From positions 2,080,001 through 2,144,000 of the forward strand of contig OY762911.1 in assembly GCA_963666565.1 (NCBI GenBank): a stretch of DNA of 64,000 bases, given 5' to 3'. Below, one piece after another: positions 28,605 through 37,587 of this stretch (positions are counted from its first letter, which is position 1; each line of letters begins with the position of its first letter). Both the position numbers and the translations under genes were made by a program. A model generated the notes under the pieces. It worked only from the letters and a program-made list of their open reading frames with translations, ran no database searches and had not been told where the DNA came from. The stretch comes from Thermoanaerobaculia bacterium. GTDB taxonomy: Bacteria; Acidobacteriota; Thermoanaerobaculia; Multivoradales; Multivoraceae.

Positions 28605-29957
28605 TCAAGCCGGATCTCCGAGGCCGACCATCAGATCCTCGCGATCACCGATGATGTAAGGGGAATGAGTGGCCACGATCGTGTCGAAAGCAGATAGATC
28701 CGCGAATTCGAGCAGGTCTGGAAGAAATCGCTTTTGCCACGATACGTGAAGCGACAGCTCCGGCTCGTCGATCAGTACGATCGTGTTTTCCCTGACTCTG
28801 AACAGCAGATCGTAATGCAGAACCAGTTCATGCTGTTCACCGGATGAGAGAGAGCTCAGCGGCAGACGGGCACCGGAGTCGGTCTCGGCGACGAGTCCTT
28901 CTTTCCGGTCAATGCGCAGCCTCTTGTGTCTGTACTTTCCGTTGATACTCTCCAGAAGACTGCGAACTCTTCGCGCAACGTCCGCGAGTGCCTTGAGCTT
29001 GCGTTCTGTGTCCTGAACGTACAGCGTCATTACGCGGAGTTGCGTCGCGTCTAGCGTTGGCTGTACGGCCAGTCCGTGACTAGGCTGTTCAGAGGCCTCG
29101 TCCAGAATGCCGAGGGCCTTCAGTTGATCGGTCTCCTTCTTCAAGGCGGCCATACGCTCTTGAAGCTCGTCATCTCCGAAGCTGTCTTTCGCGTCGACTA
29201 GTCGCTGCGGAAAGGTCTGATCGAGAAGTTGGGCCTGTCGGCCGTAGTTGGCCATGGTTTCGCTAAGCAGTTCACTGAACTCGCGGCTTCGTGCCAGTAC
29301 CGTCGGTGTCGTGGAACGGTGAAACCGAGGGTTCCGCCATGCTGGCCGATAGGGTCGGGACCGCACTAAACGCTGAGCCTCGATGAAGTAGACGCGAGCG
29401 TGTTCCAGGAACTCTGGGAACCACTGCGGGAGGTCGCCGGTGTGTCCGCGCCGCGGTAGGCCGCGCAGGGGGCGGCCGCTGCCAGGAGAGGGGGGATCAC
29501 CGAACCGCGACAGGATCTCGCGTTCCGAGAGTACTTCGTTGTCGCGTACGTCGATCCAGGTGCTTGGCGTCCCCTCAAGGCGCTCTAGGAACTTGTATCG
29601 CTTGGCGATCTTCTCCGCTTCTGTATCCAGGCGGATGACTTCGGTGATGGGTTCACCGTTCGTCGTCAGTACGAGTTTTCCTTGGCGTCTCTCCCGATCT
29701 GTTGGATCGACGAGGAGCTCAATACTGCTGTCGGCGAAGGTGAGCTTGAAGCGTCTGCAGGGTACCCGCAGGAAGTAGCTGGTGTCGCTACCAAGCAGGG
29801 AGTTGATCATTCCCAGCGTGTGGGTCTTGCCAACGCCGTTCGGGCCGTGCAGCAGGGTGATGCGGTCCTTCAGGTTGAGGTCGATTCGGTGGTCGTAGAT
29901 GCCAAAGAGGCCTTCGACCTCGACCCGTTGTAACTGGATCAGTTTTGGCTCGTCCAT
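28605..29957 (-). CDS. ABC-type AAA ATPase (AriA-like)
   Basis: GLFG, GPNGVGKT, LSSGEQH, LIDEPELSLHVSWQ, ATHSP; ATG at 29957. Confidence 0.88.
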   Translation of the reverse strand: MDEPKLIQLQRVEVEGLFGIYDHRIDLNLKDRITLLHGPNGVGKTHTLGMINSLLGSDTSYFLRVPCRRFKLTFADSSIELLVDPTDRERRQGKLVLTTNGEPITEVIRLDTEAEKIAKRYKFLERLEGTPSTWIDVRDNEVLSEREILSRFGDPPSPGSGRPLRGLPRRGHTGDLPQWFPEFLEHARVYFIEAQRLVRSRPYRPAWRNPRFHRSTTPTVLARSREFSELLSETMANYGRQAQLLDQTFPQRLVDAKDSFGDDELQERMAALKKETDQLKALGILDEASEQPSHGLAVQPTLDATQLRVMTLYVQDTERKLKALADVARRVRSLLESINGKYRHKRLRIDRKEGLVAETDSGARLPLSSLSSGEQHELVLHYDLLFRVRENTIVLIDEPELSLHVSWQKRFLPDLLEFADLSAFDTIVATHSPYIIGDREDLMVGLGDPA

Positions 29958-30159
29958 GGCGTTCCCTGGTTCTGGGGCGTTCCGGCCTCGCCCGGCCCGC
30001 AACGAGGACGGCCGGGCGACTGTTACCGGCAAGACTCTACTCTAGGTCGTTCAGGCTGTGAAGAGGCGCAGTTCAAGGGTCGGAGGGTCGTGGTTGGGCG
30101 GTTTGGCGCCTCAGGCGCGTGGCGGACGAGCAGTTGGTGCGAGGGCGCGGACGGCTCGG

Positions 30160-33100
30160 CTACAACACATCGAGAAACTCGGCCAGAACGTCGGCTGCCC
30201 CTAAGCCTCGCTCGTTCTCCGCGGCCAGTTCGATCGGTCTGAACTCGGGGTTCAGGGGCTCCAGCACGATCCGGACGTGCCGCCAGGGCCCGTCCGTCGC
30301 GGCCCGCTTCTCGCTGCGGTAGCGCTTCACGGTGAAGCGTTCGCCGGTTTCCGGGTCCACCGCGTCCCGCAGGCGGGCCAGGACGATGCGGCCGTTTCGG
30401 GTCCCGCCTACGCCGCTGCGGAACAGGCAGATCGCCCCGTCGGGGATTCGTGGCGCCATCGACCGGCCGACGACCGTGGCGGCGAACATGCCGGGCGCCA
30501 GCGGACGCCCGGAGTCGACTTCGATCCAGCGGGTCTCGGGGTCGGCGGGTTCGCCGAGGGGTCCGTGCGTTTCGCTGAAGTCGCCCGCGGCGGCCTGCAG
30601 ATCCTCCACGAACGGCACGCAGGTCCGGTAGCGAGTCTCCGGCGTCGGCTGGACGAACCGGAGTACGTCTCCCGGCGGCTCGCGGAGGCTCTCGGCTGAA
30701 CTCGGCGTGACGGCGTTCGCGTCGTCCGGGCCGTCCGCAGCGTCCGGGTCTTCGGCACCGTCCCCAGCCGCCGGTGCGCTGGCCGCCGCGAACCAGCGGT
30801 CGTCGTTGACGCGTGTCCGTGCCTCACCAGCGTCCAGGTATCTCGCCAGCTTGCGGAAGTGCTGCGTCATCGCTCCGGCGTCGTCCAGGTCCGTGACCGT
30901 GATCTCCACGACCTCGTAGCCGCGTTGCCGCAGCCAGTAGCGGATCTCGCGGTCCTGCTCGGCGGTTCGGGGGTTGCCGTGCAGGTGCTCGCTCAGGCCG
31001 TCGAGGTAGATGCAGACGTCCGGCGCGTCACTGTCGCCGCCGCCGGCACCGCCGGCACCGCCATCGCCGCGGTAGACGACGTCGGGCGTCGTCGTCTTGA
31101 GGCCGGGTCCGAGGCTTATCTGTTCGCCGCGAACGCCCTCGCCGAAGCCGGCCGCCAGCAGGAGCTGCCGGAGCCTTCGTTCGGCCTCGTTGACCGGCTG
31201 CCCGCTCGCCTCCCGGCCGGCGGGGACGGCGGCGGGAATCGCGTGCGAGAACGACAGGCTCCGGCCCCACGCGCGCAGGCACGCCAGCGCCACGTGACGG
31301 TCGAGGTTCCCGTGGAAGTAGCCGTTGCGGAAGGTCTGCAGACAGTCGATGCAGGAGTGCCCGCAGGCGGAAGCGCAGCCGCCGACGACGGCTTCCGCGG
31401 CCCGCACGACCTCGCCCCAGCGCTCCGCGAGCTGGTCGAGCAGCCCCGAACCGCCCGGCATCGGGTCCCACAGCAGCGCGTCGACCTGCGGGCGGTCGAC
31501 GTGGCCCGCCACCAGAACCTGCAGGTCCTCCAGGTGCATCTCAAGCACCTGCGCGGCGCCGAACCGCAGCGCTTCCAGCACGCTGTACGCGGTCGTCGGA
31601 TCGGGCAGGTCCGGCAGCGAGAAGACGTCGGCCACGATGTCCGCGTGGAAGCCGATGCGGTTCACCGGGCGGCCGCAGCGTTCGCCGTGCTTCTCGGCGA
31701 AGTCCCGCTGCTGCCGCTCGGAGGACAGCGGCGAGACGCTCTGGCCGCAGACGGTGCAGACCGGGTACCCGAGGCCGCCGCCGTCGCCGATCGCGGACGA
31801 CGAGCCGACATTCACCAGCCGCAGTTCGACGCCGTGGCGCAGCAGCGCGTCCGCCCCGCCAGCGTCGGCGGGGCGAGCGCCCGCGCCTGCTCGAACGGCA
31901 CCCCCGCCGGCACCGAGTGGCCCTCGTCCTCCAGGATGTCCCGCCGGGTCTGCCGGATGCCGGCTTCGTCGTCTGCCGCCAGCCTGCCCGCCCGGCCCGC
32001 CCCAGCGGAACGCCCGGCCGCCGCAGTGACCTCCGCGTTCGATGCCATGCACGGCGACCGGCATCTGGAACCGGTAGTCCTCGTCGTCCGAGATCTGGGA
32101 CTGGTGCATGAGATCCACGTCGCACACGGCGAGCGTGCGGAGCGCTCCGGCGCCGAGCAGGGACGCGGGCGCCCCGGGATCGCACTGCCGCACGGCCTGG
32201 TTCTCGACGGAGACCTCGAAGGCCGGCATCTCCTCCCGGTCCTCGCCGGCCGACCGCAGGAAGCGGCGGGCGACGAAGCGGTGCCCGTTGGCATAGATCA
32301 GGTTGCCGGGTACGTACTCCCGCAGCGCCATGCCGGTCGGGCGGGGCAGGTTGAAGGCGAGCGCTCCCGAGTGCCAGAAGGGGACCTCGGCCATCGCCTG
32401 GACGGACCCCGTTTCGAGCCCGTAGCCGGGGAGGAAGCCGTGGGCCGCCAGCACGTTGAAGGTGTTCGCGTCGTCCTGGCCCTGGGCGTCGCGGCGGCTC
32501 GGGCGCGCCTGCCCCTTGAGCCGTTTGACCAGCCGGTCGCAGCGGCGGAACAGGGCGTCGTCTTCCGGGTCGAGCGCGCCGTGCCGGCGGCGGGTCTCGT
32601 GCAGCCTCTCCATCTGCGCTCGCGCCCAGTCCAGCCGGCGGCGCAGGGACCGGGCCGCGTCCTCCAGGCCGAAGACGAACTCGTCGATGCAGCGGCCGAG
32701 CGCGTCGGTGGCGACGGCCGCGGCGTCCGCCTCCGGCCAGCCTTGGCCGAAGGCGGCCTCGGCTTCGGCTAGCAGTGCCCCGCGATGCCGGCGGACGACG
32801 TCAGCGAGCGGCCCGAAGTCGAACGGGGCGGCGCGCACGGAACCTCCATCGAACAGCCAGGACGAGACGCGGCGCGGCAGGCAGCCTTCGAGCGCGGCCC
32901 GGATCCGCTCCCGCTCGGCGGGGTCGTCGCCGTCGTCGGCCTCTTGGCGGGTAAGCCGCTGGAGCCCGGTGAGCACGCATGCGTTGACGTGTTTGCGGAC
33001 CATCACGTCGTTGCTCAGGTTGAAGGCGGGCGGGTCGACCCGGCCGGCGAGCAGCTTCTCGGGCTCCGCGAAGTAGGCGCGGTCGTGCGACACGGGCCGG

Positions 33101-36100
33101 CAGTAGGTGAGATCGACCGCCATCCGGTGCCGCCGGCCGGCGCGGCCCGCGCGCTGCCAGTAGTTGGCCGGCAGCGGCGGCACGTTGCGCATGAGCACGG
33201 CGTCCAGCGAGCCGATGTCGACGCCGAGTTCGAGGGTCGCGGTGCAGACGAAGCAGTTCACCGCGTCGCTCCCGCCCTTGAACAGGTTCTCCAGGCGTTC
33301 CCGTTGCTGGTGGGGGACCATCGCCGTGTGCTCTTCGGGGCGCAGCATGGAGTAGCCGCCGTCCAGGAGCTGCAGGTCGTAGTCGTCCGGGTCTTCGCGC
33401 AGCCACTCGAGCGTGCCGTTGCACCGCCAGGCGGGGCAGCGCTCGTGCGGCGTCCGGCGGACGGTGCGGGCGCGGCAGCTCCGGCAGCGGTAGACGCCGT
33501 GGTGTGGCGACAGTTCGAGGCGGTCGCCGTCGACCTGGCAGACGCCGCTCGCGTTCGGCAGCGGCCGCCCGTGGGCGCCGACGAGCCGGACCGGCCGGAG
33601 CAGTCCGCGCTCCGTGAGCATCCCGAACAGGCTCCGCAGCAGGTCCTCCGTCTGCTCCGGCTCGGCGCCCCACTTGGCCGCCATCTGCTTCATCGTCGTC
33701 TGGCCGCCGTCGCTCAGCCACTGGAGGACCCGGTCCGGCGAGTCGCCAGGGCCGCGCTGCAGCTTGACGCCCCTCGGCCCGCCGAATCGCCGGAGGTACC
33801 CGTGCTGCCTCTCCAGGTCGCCGGCGAGGCGGAACTTGGTGAACGTCAGGTACTCCCCGTCGTGGAGGATCTTCCGTCGGCGCACGTAGTCGAGCGCGGC
33901 GGCGACGCCCTCCCGCATGGACTCCGGCGGCAGCCCGAGCCGGTTCGCCCAGTCCCGGATCCACGGAAGCGAGGCGTCCAGCCCGGCGTAGTCGACCTTC
34001 ATCCGGCCCCACGGCTCGAGACCCAGAGGCTGCCGGGCGGACTCCGCGACCTCCTGCAGCACCTGCATCCGCAGGAACTTCAGGCGCTCGTCGCGGTGGC
34101 GGCGACCGGCCGCCTCCGGGCGGGCCACCACCCACACCTCGGGGATCAGCGCGCGCGAGAGCGCCTCGTTCTTCTCCAGGGCGTCGTCCAGGTACCAGGT
34201 CAGGTCGCCGACCGAGCGGCAGCCGCCGGGGCCGAGCCCGTCCGCCATCAGCGACCGCAGCCGGAACCGGCGCGCGTGGTCCTTCATCCAGCCGGCCTGG
34301 AAGGCGGCGTCCTGGCGGTTGTCGCAGAACACGAGCAGGCGCGGGCGGGCCGAGTGGTGGACCATGTCCTGGGCTAGGACGTGGACGTCGGCGGCGTTGC
34401 TGGCGCGAACCGATCGCGCTGGCTCGCGGTAGCGGCCGCCGCCGGCGCGGTGGCCCGGTGTGCTGCATGAGAGGCAACTCGTCAGGACGCCGGGGCGTTC
34501 GCGGTTCTGCCGCACCGCGTGGAGCCGGACGCGGGGGTCGGGAGCGCCGCAGCCGAGGCAGGCGCCGCCGGCTCGTTCGTGCGCGGCGCCGCAGTGCCGG
34601 CAGAGGTGGACGGGCGCGGTGCGGCGCTCGAGGACGCTTGGGGCTTCGCCGGTCCCGGCGCCGCGGCCGGGTGCCGGGCCGCCGCCGTTGGTGCTCCCGT
34701 CGCGGCGGCCGGATCCCGTGCCGTGCCCCTTCTCGTCTTCGCCGTCCTCCTCGTCGCCGCCGATGAGCCGGTCGACCAGAACCGCCCTCCTGCCCCCGAG
34801 CGCCTCGTCCAGCGGGGGCCAGAAGACGCCGCGGTCGCTCGGTTCGCCGCCGCCGGGGCGGCGTCCGTCGAAGGAGAAGTCCTGGAGATGGGCCTCGAAG
34901 TAGTGCTGCCCGCAGGTCGTGCAGGTCAGAACCGGCAGACGGGCCGTTTGCAGCGCTTCGTCTTCGGGAACCTGGGCTGCGCTCTCGCGCGCCGCACGCG
35001 AACCGCTCCGAACGCCCATCGGCCGCCCGGACGCCATGCGCTCATCCTGCCCGCTTCCGGTCTTCCCGGTCGCTTCGGCACTGGCGGTGCCGGCGGCCTC
35101 GCCATGCTCGATCTCGTCTTCCGCCGCCAGCCACAGCCGCGGTTCGCCGGTCTCGTCCGGGAACGAAACGACCGCGCCGGGGATTCCGCGCACGAAGCCG
35201 TGGACCACGGGCCGCAGCAGGGGCCGCCCCTTGCTGCGGGCCGCCGCGGCCAGGGTCAACCAGGCCAGGATCTCGGCCTCCGCGATCTCCCGGCCGATGG
35301 CTTCCCGGAGTTCCGCCGGCAGTTCGTGCAGCGGCCGCGGCCGGTGAAGCGCCTCGTTCAGCCGGTAGACGATCTCGCTCCGTGCCAGGGCTTCGTACAG
35401 CGCCTCGGGCCACGCGCCGGCGGCGAGCTCGTCGCCTGCGAGCGCCCGGTACGCGGCCCGAACCGCGTCGCCGGGTCCATCCGGGTCGTCCTCGACCGCC
35501 TCGACGCAGGCGGCGAGAAGGCCGGCCGCGTCTTCCGGCCCAGTGGCTGCCTCTTCAGGCCCGGCGCCGCGGCCGCCGCTCGCGGACGGAGCGCCAGCCG
35601 CCGCGGCGGCGCCCATCTCTTGGGCTGCCGCGTCATGCCGCCGCCGCGCCTCGCTCCAGACCTCCGGCTCGTAGTCCTCGCCGACCGTCTCCACCGACTC
35701 CTCCGGCACGCCGAAGAACCGCGATGCGAACGCGCGGGCCGCGCCGGGCCGCTCGGGGTCGACGATCGTCGCCGAGGTGGCGACGCAGACCGTGTCCGCG
35801 GCCCGGCGGCCGCAGAACGCGCGCAGCCGGCGAACGAGGCACGCCGTCTCGGCGCCCATCGCGCCGGTGAACGTGTGCGCCTCGTCGAACACGAGAAAGT
35901 CGAGCCGGGCGCCGTGGAACAGCTCGGCGTCCCGCTGCCGGGTGAGCAGCAGTTCCAGTTGCTTCACGTTCGTCAGCAGGATGCGCGGCTGCCCGCCGGG
36001 GGAGCGCATCGCTTCGCGCGAGCATGCTTCCTCCGGCGGAAACACGGACTCGCCGCTCTTCGCGGCCTGCACCTCGGCGAGCCTCGCCTCGTAGTCGGCC

Positions 36101-36690
36101 CGCGACGCGCCCCGCGGCAGGCGGATGCCGGCGACGCCGCTCTCGTTCTCCGGCGTCTTGCCGACGTACATCCCGAACGAGACGCCCGTGCCCGCCAGCA
36201 GCGAGCGCAGCCGCATCAACTGGTCCTCGGCCAGCGCGTTCATCGGGTAGACGATCACCGCGCTGATGCCGGACGGCGCGCCCTCGTCCCGCAGCTTCAG
36301 GCAGCGGCTGACGACGGGGTAGAGGAAGCACTCCGTCTTGCCCGAGCCGGTACCGGTCGAGACCAGCGTCGAGCACCCCGCGGCGATGGCGCGGATGGCC
36401 TGCTCCTGGTGCCGGTAGAGCGCCTCGATGTCCTCTGGAATCCGCTGCTCCAGGTGCGGATGCAGCAGCCCCTCGGCCGCCAGGTCCGCCACCGGCGAGC
36501 CCGTCCGAAACGGCCGCGAGAGACTGACGAACGGCCCCCGCAGCAACGGCGACCGCCGCGCCTCGTCGAGCGAGAGGAGTTCCCGCATCTGCCCGTTCAA
36601 CCGCGGATCCGCGAACGGATAGGCCCGCAACTGGTAACGGAGGAAGCTCTGGAGGACCTTCTCCGTGAAGACGACGGGGTTCAGCGCCAT
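30160..36690 (-). CDS. giant DEAD/DEAH helicase with DUF1998, Vsr/DUF559-like nuclease and C-terminal S24 peptidase domains
   Basis: TGTGSGKT, YPMNALAEDQ, DEAH, TSAT, ATLELGVDIG, QRAGRAGR; DPMPGGSG...C-x3-C-x3-CxxC; PD..IYLDG..H; AAG/GRSM/TVKR; start MALNPVVF. Confidence 0.9.
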   Translation of the reverse strand: MALNPVVFTEKVLQSFLRYQLRAYPFADPRLNGQMRELLSLDEARRSPLLRGPFVSLSRPFRTGSPVADLAAEGLLHPHLEQRIPEDIEALYRHQEQAIRAIAAGCSTLVSTGTGSGKTECFLYPVVSRCLKLRDEGAPSGISAVIVYPMNALAEDQLMRLRSLLAGTGVSFGMYVGKTPENESGVAGIRLPRGASRADYEARLAEVQAAKSGESVFPPEEACSREAMRSPGGQPRILLTNVKQLELLLTRQRDAELFHGARLDFLVFDEAHTFTGAMGAETACLVRRLRAFCGRRAADTVCVATSATIVDPERPGAARAFASRFFGVPEESVETVGEDYEPEVWSEARRRHDAAAQEMGAAAAAGAPSASGGRGAGPEEAATGPEDAAGLLAACVEAVEDDPDGPGDAVRAAYRALAGDELAAGAWPEALYEALARSEIVYRLNEALHRPRPLHELPAELREAIGREIAEAEILAWLTLAAAARSKGRPLLRPVVHGFVRGIPGAVVSFPDETGEPRLWLAAEDEIEHGEAAGTASAEATGKTGSGQDERMASGRPMGVRSGSRAARESAAQVPEDEALQTARLPVLTCTTCGQHYFEAHLQDFSFDGRRPGGGEPSDRGVFWPPLDEALGGRRAVLVDRLIGGDEEDGEDEKGHGTGSGRRDGSTNGGGPAPGRGAGTGEAPSVLERRTAPVHLCRHCGAAHERAGGACLGCGAPDPRVRLHAVRQNRERPGVLTSCLSCSTPGHRAGGGRYREPARSVRASNAADVHVLAQDMVHHSARPRLLVFCDNRQDAAFQAGWMKDHARRFRLRSLMADGLGPGGCRSVGDLTWYLDDALEKNEALSRALIPEVWVVARPEAAGRRHRDERLKFLRMQVLQEVAESARQPLGLEPWGRMKVDYAGLDASLPWIRDWANRLGLPPESMREGVAAALDYVRRRKILHDGEYLTFTKFRLAGDLERQHGYLRRFGGPRGVKLQRGPGDSPDRVLQWLSDGGQTTMKQMAAKWGAEPEQTEDLLRSLFGMLTERGLLRPVRLVGAHGRPLPNASGVCQVDGDRLELSPHHGVYRCRSCRARTVRRTPHERCPAWRCNGTLEWLREDPDDYDLQLLDGGYSMLRPEEHTAMVPHQQRERLENLFKGGSDAVNCFVCTATLELGVDIGSLDAVLMRNVPPLPANYWQRAGRAGRRHRMAVDLTYCRPVSHDRAYFAEPEKLLAGRVDPPAFNLSNDVMVRKHVNACVLTGLQRLTRQEADDGDDPAERERIRAALEGCLPRRVSSWLFDGGSVRAAPFDFGPLADVVRRHRGALLAEAEAAFGQGWPEADAAAVATDALGRCIDEFVFGLEDAARSLRRRLDWARAQMERLHETRRRHGALDPEDDALFRRCDRLVKRLKGQARPSRRDAQGQDDANTFNVLAAHGFLPGYGLETGSVQAMAEVPFWHSGALAFNLPRPTGMALREYVPGNLIYANGHRFVARRFLRSAGEDREEMPAFEVSVENQAVRQCDPGAPASLLGAGALRTLAVCDVDLMHQSQISDDEDYRFQMPVAVHGIERGGHCGGRAFRWGGPGGQAGGRRRSRHPADPAGHPGGRGPLGAGGGAVRAGAGARPADAGGADALLRHGVELRLVNVGSSSAIGDGGGLGYPVCTVCGQSVSPLSSERQQRDFAEKHGERCGRPVNRIGFHADIVADVFSLPDLPDPTTAYSVLEALRFGAAQVLEMHLEDLQVLVAGHVDRPQVDALLWDPMPGGSGLLDQLAERWGEVVRAAEAVVGGCASACGHSCIDCLQTFRNGYFHGNLDRHVALACLRAWGRSLSFSHAIPAAVPAGREASGQPVNEAERRLRQLLLAAGFGEGVRGEQISLGPGLKTTTPDVVYRGDGGAGGAGGGDSDAPDVCIYLDGLSEHLHGNPRTAEQDREIRYWLRQRGYEVVEITVTDLDDAGAMTQHFRKLARYLDAGEARTRVNDDRWFAAASAPAAGDGAEDPDAADGPDDANAVTPSSAESLREPPGDVLRFVQPTPETRYRTCVPFVEDLQAAAGDFSETHGPLGEPADPETRWIEVDSGRPLAPGMFAATVVGRSMAPRIPDGAICLFRSGVGGTRNGRIVLARLRDAVDPETGERFTVKRYRSEKRAATDGPWRHVRIVLEPLNPEFRPIELAAENERGLGAADVLAEFLDVL

Positions 36691-36825
36691 GAAGTCGGCA
36701 AGGCTACCGCCTTGGGTCTCGTCGTTTCGCCGACGTCGAGCGTCCCGGGTCGGATTGACTGGTGCCTGCCGTGGTACGTCCCTGGCGGCCATATGCTCGG
36801 AGACCGGCCACGCCAGAGGAGTGCC

Positions 36826-37068
36826 ATGAACAAGGAACCGGACTACAGAGGGGTCGCCAAGGTGTTCTGGAGCGGAGGCAGCCAGGCGGTGAGGCTTCCG
36901 GCGGCGTGCCGGTTCGAGACCTCCGAGGTGGACGTCATCAAGGAGGGAGACCGGCTCACGCTGCTTCCGCGCGGGAAGAACTGGGGCGCGTACTTCGATT
37001 CCAAGTCCCGCGGGAGCCTTCCGGCGCGCAGCCAGTCGCCACTTGAGGAGCGGGACCGTCTCCGCTGA
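36826..37068 (+). CDS. AbrB/VapB (VagC-like) antitoxin, no toxin downstream
   Basis: AKVFWSGGSQAVRLPAACRF...V.V.KEGDRLTLLP; AGGAG upstream. Confidence 0.88.
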   Translation: MNKEPDYRGVAKVFWSGGSQAVRLPAACRFETSEVDVIKEGDRLTLLPRGKNWGAYFDSKSRGSLPARSQSPLEERDRLR

Positions 37069-37080
37069 TTCCGTTCTCGG

Positions 37081-37578
37081 TCAGGTACGTGACGGCGTCA
37101 GCCGTCGTGAGCAACGGCGGCGGTGGAGGAAGTCGTTTCGACGCGCCGGCGCCTCCTTGGCCGGGAACGCGCTACGCCGGTGGCCGGGGATCTCCGGCAG
37201 GAACCGGAGGTCCTCGAAGTCGGTCTTGAGATTCTCGTCGTGAGCGACGATCACGAGTGCGTCCGACGCTGCCGCCAGCGCGAGCATGGGCTTGTCCTTC
37301 TCTCCGGAACGCGTCTCCACGTCGCGCAGGCGATCCTCTTCGCGCCGGACGAGTTGGTCTTCGATCAGAAGCGCAAGGCCGTTCTGGCTGTAGCGCCGAA
37401 AGAGAGCGGAGACGTCGGAGTCCCGCTCGAGCTCCCGACCGGCGCGACCGTAGGTCGAGAATGCGACGCGCCCGTGGCCATCGCCGATCCAGCGTCGAAG
37501 CTGTTGGCCCGCCGATTCGGGAGACGCCTGCTTGAACACATCGAACGCACTCGCGTCGAACACCACCCGAGTACACAT
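37081..37578 (-). CDS. PIN-like domain protein
   Basis: N-terminal VVFDAS, then E, KDKPMLALA..SDA.VIVAHDENL - an acidic pattern typical of PIN folds. Confidence 0.65.
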   Translation of the reverse strand: MCTRVVFDASAFDVFKQASPESAGQQLRRWIGDGHGRVAFSTYGRAGRELERDSDVSALFRRYSQNGLALLIEDQLVRREEDRLRDVETRSGEKDKPMLALAAASDALVIVAHDENLKTDFEDLRFLPEIPGHRRSAFPAKEAPARRNDFLHRRRCSRRLTPSRT

Positions 37579-37587
37579 GGACGGCGC

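Noticed and set aside
30160-36690. Druantia (DruE) or complete canonical DISARM call
   Set aside because: No DruA-D-like partners, separate DrmB or PLD DrmC were seen; helicase and DUF1998 are fused, so only 'DISARM-related' is supported.
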